A program made the translations under genes and the position numbers. Below the pieces are notes generated by a model. The model did not search any database and was not told the DNA's origin. It was given only the letters and a program-made list of their open reading frames with translations. From NCBI GenBank assembly GCA_964252035.1, contig OZ176203.1: 64,000 nucleotides of DNA; one strand, 5' to 3'. The DNA is from Podarcis erhardii (Eukaryota). This document shows positions 54,919-64,000 of the stretch, piece after piece; within the stretch, counting starts at the first letter, position 1; each line of letters opens with the position of its first letter.

Positions 54919-55120
54919 CTACACTGGAGGAGTGGAATAGCGAACCACCGAGTTATAGCTGGGAGGAGAAAAGCCCTGCATCTGCTTCCCTTCCCAGCCT
55001 GTGCTGCCGCAGGTAAATGGCAGAGTCACATCGCTGATGTGGCCGCAGCTGGAACTGTAAACCTTTGGCTTTGCGATGTCACAAAGGACAGACTCCTTGC
55101 TTCGGCTGCCAGAGAGGAGG
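54919..55120 (-). CDS. FLT1: FLT1 exon 30 coding part (LLSGSRSKESVLCDIAKPKVYSSSCGHIS...SPPSYNSVVRYSTPPV*)
   Basis: tgtag acceptor; TAG stop; C-terminus matches FLT1 YNSVVLYSTPPI. Confidence 0.92.
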
Positions 55121-55817
55121 CTACAAGCAAAAGCAGACGTGTGTTAGATTAAAATTATGTATCATTAATATGTTTCCACTATCCTCACCAATGCTATAGA
55201 GCATGAACTTGTTTGGGAACTGCATTTAGGATTTCTCATGCCCAAAACAAGATGCAGTCTTTTCTTTTTTTTTCCTTTTAAGCAAGTCTGACCAACTTCC
55301 TTACTGTCCATTCACTGCTTAGAATAATTCCTGTTAATACAGCCTTTTCATGGGCAAGCCCTTATTCCCTAGACAGGAGCTAGGCAGAGGAAGGCGGCTA
55401 ACACAACATGGCAGAGGGCAGGAACAAAAATAATGCTCTTGCATCCCTCCATTGTCATGTTGTCAAAGGGAAGGGGCACTAAGAACAAAATCCACACCCT
55501 GCCCCCAGCTCTATAATGTGGTCGTTTTTGTATATTGCTAACTCAAACACAAGGCAGGGACCAAATTGACCAGTGCTGTGGGAGGTGTAAATCTTCCCCC
55601 TTCTGCAATCTTCCACCTGCCCATAAAAGCCACCCCATAGAACAAGATGTACCCATATGATACCTGATACCCATAGGGCAAACAGCAGATGAATGGAGAG
55701 TGTCTTTCTCAGGAAAATGGCTCACAGGAATAGGGTTAACACACCCTTTAAGTGACACAAGCAAATGTCCCCACTTTGTGTCTCGTTGCATCCTGAATAG
55801 TCATTGAAATCACATAC

Positions 55818-55909
55818 CCAAAGAAAGTTTGCTTTTGTTTGCTGCCTGTCCATGTAAAACGCTTCCGTTCTTCTGAAGGCAGCACCATCCCACTGTCGGC
55901 CTGGTAATC
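55818..55909 (-). CDS. FLT1: FLT1 exon 29 (92 bp; DYQADSGMVLPSEERKRFTWTGSKQKQTFF)
   Basis: ttcag acceptor, gtatgt donor; resembles recalled chicken FLT1 DYQADSGMVLASEELKRFTWTGSKQK. Confidence 0.92.
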
Positions 55910-56000
55910 CTGAAAAAGAACACACCTTCGGTAATGCAACTTTGTTCCTTGTGTGTTCAAGTTTACCACAGTTACACATTGACTCTGAATAACCCATCAT

Positions 56001-56882
56001 CTACATGGCCCTAGATTGACTTTTTGGTAAAAGTGCAACCATGTAGGGCAGGGGTGTCAAACTCAAATTCATCGAGGGCCGCATCAGCAGTTTGGTCACC
56101 CTCAAAGGGCCGGTTGTATCTGTAGGACTATGTGTCCACTCTTTATTATCACTTTCCCATCTCTCCTTAAATTGCCTTCCCTCTGCATCAGCTCCGCCTC
56201 CGCCACTTCCACCGCCCCCCAAGGCCTGGTCGCTCTTCTTGCGCTTGTACTTGTCCTTGTACATCTTGTTGTGGTGCCTCTTGCACATCCAGGGCTTGCG
56301 CTGCTTGGCCACTTGCGTGGTGGTCTCGCTGCAGCCTTTGTAGGCGCAGCTTTTGCAGCCGCCTCCTCCTCCTCCTCCCCCCGACTGGGCGCCGCCCTCC
56401 TCCTCCTCATCCAGATCCTCCAGGACTCCGCCGGGGCTGCTGGCGCTGTCGCCTCCGCCCCCGCCGCCGCCCGCGTCACCCGCCGCCGCCGGGCCCAGCT
56501 CATAGAAGAACATGAGGCCCGAGGGCACCTCTGAGGCCCCCCGCAACGGTGGCTGCGGCTGCTGCACCACCTGGGGCTGCAGCAAGGCGCCCACCGCCTC
56601 CCCGTCCCCGCCGCAGGGCTGCATCACCAGCAGCGTGAGCAGCTGCGGCGGGGAGGGGGAAGGCGACGATGAGGAGAAAGCGGCCGAGCTGCCGCTTGTG
56701 TTCCCGGAAGGCTCCGTCCCTCCAGCAGGCCTCGCAGCCAGGGCCTCCCGCAGGGCCCCTCGGCTGCCACAGCAATGGCAAACGGGCGCCACGGGCCAGG
56801 CGCTGACAGGTTGCCGGCTATTACGCATGCGCGGGGAAGGTGGTGTGCACGCGACCTCCGCCTCCTTTCCCCGGAAGCTCAT
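56001..56882 (-). pseudogene. RFXAP: Captured RFXAP exon-1 fragment forming a 293-aa ORF; RFXAP homology ends near 56160 and the last ~50 aa come from hAT end and intron readthrough
   Basis: TLLVMQPC, LEDLDEEE and CAYKGCSETTTQVAKQRKPWMCKRHHNKMYKDKYKRKKSDQAL match recalled human RFXAP; no sequence for the C-terminal RPTLLEQVLNQKRLSLLRSPEVVQFLQ region found in the window. Confidence 0.85.
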
Positions 56883-57198
56883 TTAAGCATGCAAGCGAAG
56901 AGGCGGCAACGGCGGGGCTTTCCCCCCCAATCCTTCCCTGCCTGCGCATGAGCGTTGCACGCCCGACGTCACGCATGTTCAAAAAAGGCCGCTAGGTTAA
57001 GCGATCTCCTTTATGATATTGGAGTTAGCGGGAGGATTCGTTGCGCGCATGCGCCGTCTCGTTGGCAGCCTGTTCGATGGGCAGGTGGGAAGCAACTGGG
57101 CTTCTAATAGCGGCCTGGGGCTACACGGCTACACGGGCCACATGACGAGGTCTGGCGGGCCGGATTCGGCCCGCGGGCCTTGTGTTTTGACACCCGTG
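56049..57198. mobile_element. Non-autonomous hAT (Charlie/MER58-like) DNA transposon carrying captured host DNA (Pack-hAT), 1150 bp
   Basis: Left end CAGGGGTGTCAAAC; right end reverse complement CACGGGTGTCAAAA (12/13 TIR match); perfect 8-bp TSD ATGTAGGG at 56041-56048 and 57199-57206; subterminal GGCCCGCGGGCCGAATCCGGCCCGCC resembles Charlie-type ends. Confidence 0.9.
56820..57120 (-). promoter_or_regulatory. CpG-island-type promoter captured with RFXAP exon 1
   Basis: High CpG density; NRF1-like ACGCATGCGC (~56823) and GCGCATGCGC (~57045); CRE-like GACGTCA (~56965); ETS-like CCGGAAG (56871). Confidence 0.6.
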
Positions 57199-57871
57199 AT
57201 GTAGGGTGTTCAACAACTGTGCAAAACATGTACCTGTGTATGCAAAGAGTTGAGTTTGTACACCAATATTCACATGTAACATTCAATGACCATAAAGTCT
57301 GTATACACAACAGCTTAGCTGTACAAATCAACAAGGGTACACCCACAAATACTTGTTTATGTTTAGAGACAGCTTGTACTTGTATTTGGGGTAATATGTG
57401 AATAAGCCTTATGTTAGCTGCAAGAAAAGTGGTGTGTGAGCAGTGGTAAAAAAAGTATTTCTGTTCCCAAAAAAGTGATAAATTATCAAATTGTTAACTA
57501 TTTCTTAGTTGACACTCTTTGTCCACTGAGACTAAGTAGGACTGCACTTTTTGGTGTTACGGTTTAGCATATCTTTACATATCAGAGATATTCTTGGAGT
57601 TCTCTGAGCGTAGACTCAGTTACAAGCTTCAGGGACACAAAAAGGAGACCTGGCTCACAGAAGCTTTACATACTCCCAATTCTTCTCTGGCTCATATCAA
57701 AATTCTTAGTTCACCTAGCCAACCACCTCACTTCTCCATCAGCCCTCTTCCTTCCATAAATTAGTCTTGGAGCCCCTTCAAGTCAGTGGTGTTTTTTGCA
57801 GGTGTATTCTGCAATGTGTTGGGCTCGTAGCTTCTTGCTGAAATGCTGTAACTTTTCATCCCACAAACGTT

Positions 57872-58164
57872 TATTTTTAATAAATAAATAAATAAATAAA
57901 TTTTATTTCCAGTTTTTCTTAAAAATATTTTACATCAATAGAAATCCAGTATTACAATACACAAAAATATTCTGTTTCCCCTCACCCCTTTTGTGGTTTC
58001 TTATTTTAATTCATAACACTGCATTTTCTTCGTCGTTCTAATTATTAATTACTCCTTCAAATTTTCTTTGAACTGTTTGGTTTAAATTAATCCTCCTAAT
58101 GAACTTATGTCTGTACAATGACATTTCAAACAATCTACAAATTTTCCCCAGTCACTGATAAAGT
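57872..58164 (-). mobile_element. 5'-truncated L1 LINE (ORF2 C-terminus, 3' UTR and (TAAA)-rich tail)
   Basis: Encodes KNFISDWGKFVDCLKCHCTDISSLGGLI*; 19-bp TSD TTTTCATCCCACAAA(C/T)GTT at 57853-57871 and 58165-58183. Confidence 0.8.
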
Positions 58165-59420
58165 TTTTCATCCCACAAATGTTCTGGGGTGTGTGTGTAC
58201 ATGTCCCCTTTTGGTGTTGCAGAATATACCTGCAAAAAAGCACCAGTTTGGAAGGGTGGTCCTGCCATTGACACAATAATAGCACATTAGTGGTGGATTT
58301 ACACTACACTGCCCCCTCCGCTGCACTGGTTATTATGTGCTGCTTTTGCCACGTTGCTGCATTATTGCCATCTGGAGGGGGCACTCTTGCACAACTAAAT
58401 TGGGCAATAGGGTGGGGAAACAACCCAGTTACAGGATTTCAGAAGGAAGCTATGGGAAATGGCACTGGTTGGGAATGAAGCGGTATGTCCAAACCTAAAC
58501 CTTTAGCAGGCACAGAGAGCACTGATCGTGTATCTCGCTTTTGTAAAGAACTATGCAGAAATTCTGGTTTTAGTATGTTGGCTGTTTGGCCGTGATAATA
58601 AACATTCATTTATTTAACACCACCATGAGCACAAAACACTGTGTATGCACAATAAAAATGACATCAGGAGGTGCCCACTCCATGTTGTGATGGGAGCAGA
58701 TGGGGCAGTACCCCCAGCTACAATTAAAAAATTAAAGAACCATTTTTTGTTCACTGCTAATACAGCAGCAGAGAAGGCCACCATAACTCTTGGGAGTTAT
58801 AGTTTTTCCAAGGGCTACTGCAAGCTCCATACTCCTACCTCCTGTAATCTGCTGCTCCTATTGAAAGAGGTTTGGGGAGGTAGGTGAGTGACTGATTTCA
58901 AAAAGTCAGAATAGCTAAGTGATATATTCCCAACTTTTTCCCAAGTCAGTTTGTGGTTTGGGGAGCTTGCCCATCAACTGCCCTGAGGTTCAGGTGGAGG
59001 GATTGGATAGAAATGAAGGAGTAATTAGACTAGTTCCACTGTTACACTCTACTGTGACAAACGGAGAAAAGGCCAGCCATGGTGGGGAGTGTGCACTGCA
59101 TCCCTCCTAGAGGTCCCTGCAACATACAAACACTCTCTCCACACAGATATATCACACCCAGCACATTATTTACCATTTGGCTAATTAACAGTCTGGGGGA
59201 GGGGGATCAATGCTACTTTTAAACATGTTACTCTCGCCGTGCACATCAGCAGGACAATACCAACTTGCACAGCAAAATGAGTCACTCTTCCCACAACATC
59301 AGCCCATTCTGGAGGAAGATGACCACAAAGGATCTGTTGTATTCCTCTTTAGCTCAGCAACACAAGGCTGGATCTAAAATGGCACACACCACACATTTTA
59401 GTAGGTTGATCGTGACTTAC

Positions 59421-59496
59421 ATCACACCCAAGTTTGTTTTGGGGTGAAAGTTCCTCAAAGGTCTTGACTTTCATTCTGAAGGCATTAACGTATCTC
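59421..59496 (-). CDS. FLT1: FLT1 exon 28 (76 or 73 bp; RYVNAFRMKVKTFEELSPQNKLGCD)
   Basis: tandem AAG/GAG acceptor, gtaagt donor; YVNAF (Y1213) and KTFEEL motifs. Confidence 0.9.
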
Positions 59497-59552
59497 CTTG
59501 AAAAGCAAGCAGAAGAAAAAGCTTGTTAGATGATCTCAAAACATACCCTATA

Positions 59553-59778
59553 CAGTGGTACCTCGGGTTAAGTACTTAATTCATTCTGGAGGTCCGTACT
59601 TAACCTGAAACTGTTATTAACCTGAAGCACCACTTTAGCTAATGAGGCCTCCTGCTGCTGCCGCGCTGCTGGAACACGATTTCTGTTCTCATCCTGAAGC
59701 AAAGTTCTTAACCTGAAGCACTATTTCTGGGTTAGCGGAGTCTGTAACCTGAAGTGTATGTAACCCGAGGTACCACTG
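59553..59778. mobile_element. Tc1/mariner MITE, 226 bp (sibling of 8063-8304)
   Basis: CAGTGGTACCTCGGGTTA / TAACCCGAGGTACCACTG TIRs, TA TSD. Confidence 0.9.
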
Positions 59779-60038
59779 TATGTACACTGAGCTGCTCTGT
59801 TTTATATTCTTCCTACCTGTGAACATCTGAACAAGGGTGAGACACTCTAACTTTATGGGCGGGATTTAACTAAGTTGTTGTATGAGCAGAATGAGATCCA
59901 GTTGTGCAACAGGACTTTGCCCCGTCTTTCCCCTCACATCCCCTAAATCTGTTCTGGATGGTTGGGGAAACTTTAGAGGGCATGCACGAAATCCATTACT
60001 TTGCTATGTACGTAAAATACATTGGTATTCCATCATAC

Positions 60039-60181
60039 CCAGTGTTTTCGATGCTTGTGTAATTCAAGGCTGGTACTGAATGATTTCCTCTCTCATGAGG
60101 ATGAGGGGAAGTTGGAGAGGAATGGTCAAATTCAGGATCCACTGATAATATAGTATTCAGAGGGATATAGTCTTTGCCATC
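60039..60181 (-). CDS. FLT1: FLT1 exon 27 (143 bp; DGKDYIPLNTILSVDPEFDHSSPTSPHPHERGNHSVPALNYTSIENT)
   Basis: tgtag acceptor, gtatga donor; DGKDYIP (Y1169 site). Confidence 0.92.
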
Positions 60182-60346
60182 CTACATAAACAGAAGTATA
60201 AAAATTATCAAACAGATAGGAATAGTGTGAAAACAATGCCAAGCATTGGAGTCCACAAGCTCCCTAGGGAGTCCATTCCACTGTCAAACAACCATGACCT
60301 CCCTAAAACACCATAAACATGGTGTACACTGCATTTTGCTGCTTGC

Positions 60347-60452
60347 CTGCTTTACGTTTGCTTGAAGTAGATCTCCCAATCTCTCCACCAGCTCTGAGAA
60401 TCTTGGCCTTTCCTTTGGATCCCCTTGCCAGCAATCCAGCATGATTTGATAT
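60347..60452 (-). CDS. FLT1: FLT1 exon 26 (106 bp; [35 protein letters not shown]), GC donor
   Basis: ggcag acceptor, CAG|gcaagc donor; FLT1-type DPKERPRF motif. Confidence 0.92.
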
Positions 60453-62320
60453 CTGCCAAAAGCAAAAGACAGGGTATCATGAGCACTACTTCTATGACTC
60501 ACACTTGAACAGCAGACTTCAGATCTGGGAGCCACCCTTAACCCAAACTTGCAACATGGGATCCATTTTTAAATTATTTTCTATACACAGCCACCTCCCT
60601 CCCTCTCTTTTCTCTCCTACTTTCTAACTTAAACTCTCTCCGATTTTATGCTCTTCAAACAAAATACAGGCATGGTGAAAGTGCTATCGATACCCCCAGA
60701 GTTCAGAGCATTTGTGTGCCTTGAAGAACCATCAGTAGAGAATACATCAAACCTCTTGTAGTATTTCAGGCATTTCTACAGAGTTAAGCTACAGAGTTAA
60801 CTGTTGCAGTTTTAATTATTTTTCATAGGATTTAGGTTCTGAGGAAAGTGAGGAAGAAGTCAGTACAGTTATGATGAAAATCCTGCTTTTTCATTCTTCC
60901 TCTTTCCACATGTGAACGATGAACAAATACTTAAACTCCTCACAAGGCTCCATAGCTTGGTTGCTTGCTTGCCAGACTAATCTCAGGGCTAGAAAAAATC
61001 TCTGTTGCATTGAAATCTTAAAGCTTCTCTACTGCAGTGTAAGCCCATTATCTTTTGCCCTCCAAGCGCCAGTTACGCCATTGCTCACATCAGCCTTTCA
61101 TGTGTTTGAAAGGTTATCAAGCTGCTTCATCGACCTTCTCTGGCATAAGCCAAACACCAGGAGCCCTCAGCAGCCTGCATCACAGATCTCTGCCCCCAAT
61201 CTCTGATAACCTCTGCTGCTCTTCACTGATTCCTCTCTCAGTTGTTATCCACACACCCACCCCAAAAAGCACACGGGCCTCACAATAGCCAAACCAGAAA
61301 GTTTCATTCTGTAGTTTTGCTGTCATAGGACTATTAGTAAATGTGGTGGCTGAACAAAGTGATGCTGGAGCATCAAAGGGGGAACGGGATGTCGCACATC
61401 TCATGTGGTATCTCTTGAGAATCCTTGCTTTTATTTACCAACCTCCCCATCCCACTTAAGATAGGATTAATAGTGTGTGGGCAATGTCTGGTAGATTCTT
61501 AGATGCAGGGCTTAGGGATTTGTTTGTGTAACAAAGGAGGTTCAGTTGGCTTCAGGCAGGAATTTTAACCCTCACGCAATTTTTGGTTTCAGAGTTGAGG
61601 GCAATTGTTGTTGCAGTTATGACATTTATGAAGTTACATCTGACCCGGGGAGTGTGTACAAAAATGCAGAAAAAGAAATAAGAGGGAGGGAGGGCCCATA
61701 CTTTAGGAGGCAGTAGCCATGCATGTGCTACACATTTGAGATGCTGGGGAAGTTCTTCAAGCTCAGACTAGAAACCTAACTTGGGAGGCCTGTAAAAATC
61801 CCTTGCAAAAGAAGAGGTGAGTTTTACAAGCCCCAAATGTCTTCTCCTACATAGATGAAAACCCCAGCAGGAGAAGACATCCCAGCTCCACCCAACTTTC
61901 TGTCATTTGCCTCACCTGTCCCTGCTGCCTTCCCCATACTCAAAGGTCGCTCCCATTTTTCCTTCCACACACACATATTCCCCTGTCCCACCAGTAGGGA
62001 GCAGCAACAGTAGGAAAAAATGGTAGGTCTTTCTCTCCCCCCCCCCCCAATCCTCTAACAGCATGGCAGGCAAGGAGAATTATTAAGAGTTATGGTTCTT
62101 CCAAGGGCTCCTGCAAATGCACCTGGATTTAAATTAATCTGGAGCCTGTATTCACTGGGATTCCTAATACCACTGATCCTAACAGGCTGAAGGGCCTCTT
62201 TTGGTGTCATCATACTGCATTGACATCCATTTGGATTTTTCTGGGAATATCCTGCATACAGGAGTCTGGTTTCATCAGCGGTTGGGAACCTCTAGTCCAT
62301 GGGCTTCAAGATCAGCCCAG

Positions 62321-62468
62321 GAGGTGAGGTGAGTGGGGCTGAGAGACTTCAAAGAAGTGTGACTGGCCCAAGGTCACCCAGCAGCTGCATGTGGAGGAGC
62401 GGAGACGCGAACCCGGTTCACCAGATTACAAGACTACCACTCTTAACCACTACACCACACTGGCTCTC
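62321..62468 (-). mobile_element. Squam3-like tRNA-derived SINE, 3'-truncated
   Basis: Minus strand begins GAGAGCCAGTGTGGTGTAGTGGTTAAGAG (A box) and GGTTCGCGTCTCC (B box-like). Confidence 0.75.
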
Positions 62469-62704
62469 AAATGAAGACATTTGAAACCCTATGGCACGAA
62501 AAGCAACAGGGGAAAGGGTGATATCAAGCATAGAAGTAACAGGCTGGGAAGGTTTATGCACCTCTTTCCCAAATCCTACTGTTCTAAATTCCCAAAGCAC
62601 TTTTATCCTAATGAAGGTTGGTGGCATTTTGTTACATGTGCGCACTGTTTGGTTTGTCCCAAAGTAATGCATGCCAAAAATGATACTGTCCAAAGCACTC
62701 GTAC

Positions 62705-62804
62705 ATCTCTGGGGTTGCAAAATCTGGGGCTTTCATTCTTATGCCTTCTTTTAACTTGTTGAAAAAGTCTTCATCTATCTGAACACCTGGATAAGGAGAT
62801 GCAC
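62705..62804 (-). CDS. FLT1: FLT1 exon 25 (100 bp; [32 protein letters not shown])
   Basis: tttag acceptor, gtacga donor; VEGFR kinase C-lobe peptide; exon size as recalled for human. Confidence 0.92.
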
Positions 62805-64000
62805 CTAAAAGAGAAGAATTAAAAAAAAACCACACACTCTGAAATTGGAATGGAGAGAATAACAAAGGAAACCACAGACACTTCTGACATGTGAACCTTT
62901 ACAACATTTGCATCCTGTTAGAGACTGAGCGTTTTCTAAATTGAGTTGCTAACCTGTGTGGCCTTCCAGAAGTTTTGGACTCCAGCTCCCATCAGCCCCA
63001 GCCAGCATAGGACCTGGTAGCCCATCAACATCAAGAAGCCACAAGCCAGCCACCTTCCTGCTCTAAAGTAAGCCTGAGATCTAGTTTGCTTCCCACCACT
63101 CTTCTGTTCTGTTTGGGTGATGGGCAATGAGTTCTCATGTAATGTAGGGGCATACTATTTTCTATATTCTTTTCTTTTAGCTTAGCTTTTCAATTGTTCA
63201 TCCTTTCTCAGGGTAGTAAGAGTTAATTATGAGGCAAGAGCAATCCCAGCAACAAGTACTAAACAACCAGAAGACTGTTTGTCTAAGGAACTGCATGCAT
63301 GGACCAATTTCCTCTGCTGTTGTGTCTGTCTCTTCTACCATTATTCTTTGATGAATGAAATTGCTGCTTCCTTTGCAGGACAGATTTTGTATCCTGCATT
63401 TTTAAAAAAGATTATTATTATTATTATTGTCTTGCTCAGCATTTCCATCCTAGATGGCATGCTCACCCAAAGATGATAATTTCAGTCTTTGTTTGCCTGT
63501 GAGCCCCATGGATTAGTATGAGGAGGAAGCAGCTGTGAATGGCAATGGCTTGGCACTGTGAGATCCAAGAGCTGATTGTGGTTGTGCTGCTGAAAGTTGC
63601 TTGTTTGTTTATTATTAAATTTGTATCTCACCCTTCCTCCCAAAGGAGCCCTGGGTGGCAAACAACAAGTGATAAAACAATAAGAACATCTTAGAACGTT
63701 TTGAAAAAACAATTCCAGTACAGATGCAGACTGGGAAAGATCTCACAGACTTTATTGCTATTATGGCCCGCAGAGAAAAGTGCAGGAATGGGTAAGGTCT
63801 ATCTAAAGAAATATTACCCAGATAGATAGATTATCTGACAACAATTTTAAAACCTCTCCTTTCATGTGTTCCCGTCATTGTTGAGACACATGGTTCAGTT
63901 TATTTGCTATTTATAAATAATTGCCATATTTTGTGTAGCATAATAAATACTGATTAACAGACTAATACAATACCATGGTTCTGATGTGAACAACAGTGAC

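Noticed and set aside
56001-56882. Treating this as the genuine, complete RFXAP gene nested in FLT1
   Set aside because: No exon 2-3 sequence (RPTLLEQVLNQKRL, SLLRSPEVVQFLQ) was found downstream, homology stops without a good donor, and the region is bounded by TIRs and a TSD
56092-56886. Plus-strand and alternative-frame ORFs overlapping the RFXAP fragment (83-134 aa)
   Set aside because: Shadow ORFs caused by very high GC content; no recognisable homology
62430-62468. tRNA gene
   Set aside because: Only the tRNA-derived head of a Squam3-like SINE; it continues into SINE body sequence rather than completing a cloverleaf
54919-62804. Calling the receptor KDR, KDRL or FLT4 because of the DSGMVL.SEE motif
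   Set aside because: [18 protein letters not shown] and the YNSVVxYSTPP C-terminus, plus PAN3 synteny, indicate FLT1

Overview
Vertebrate genomic DNA. The repeat content (Sauria SINE, Squam3-like SINE, BovB, CR1, L1, hAT and Tc1/mariner MITEs) points to a squamate, probably a lacertid lizard. The window holds coding exons 2-19 of PAN3 on the + strand (2106-48991; exon 1 lies upstream of the window) and the last six exons of FLT1/VEGFR1 on the - strand (62804 down to the stop at 54919), in the conserved tail-to-tail arrangement. The standout feature is in FLT1 intron 28: a 1150-bp non-autonomous hAT DNA transposon (56049-57198; 13-bp TIRs, perfect 8-bp TSD ATGTAGGG). It has captured the CpG-island promoter and first coding exon of RFXAP, a gene from elsewhere in the genome, which makes it a Pack-TIR/Pack-hAT. 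The cargo keeps an open 293-aa frame and sits 139 bp upstream of FLT1 exon 29 in the same orientation. PAN3 introns also contain two short retroelements with exact TSDs and intact-looking ends (1.86 kb HAL1-like with a 209-aa ORF, and 845 bp non-coding), plus a Tigger-like MITE family with variable hairpin-rich interiors. Exon numbers and homologies come from recalled human and chicken sequences; no database search was run.
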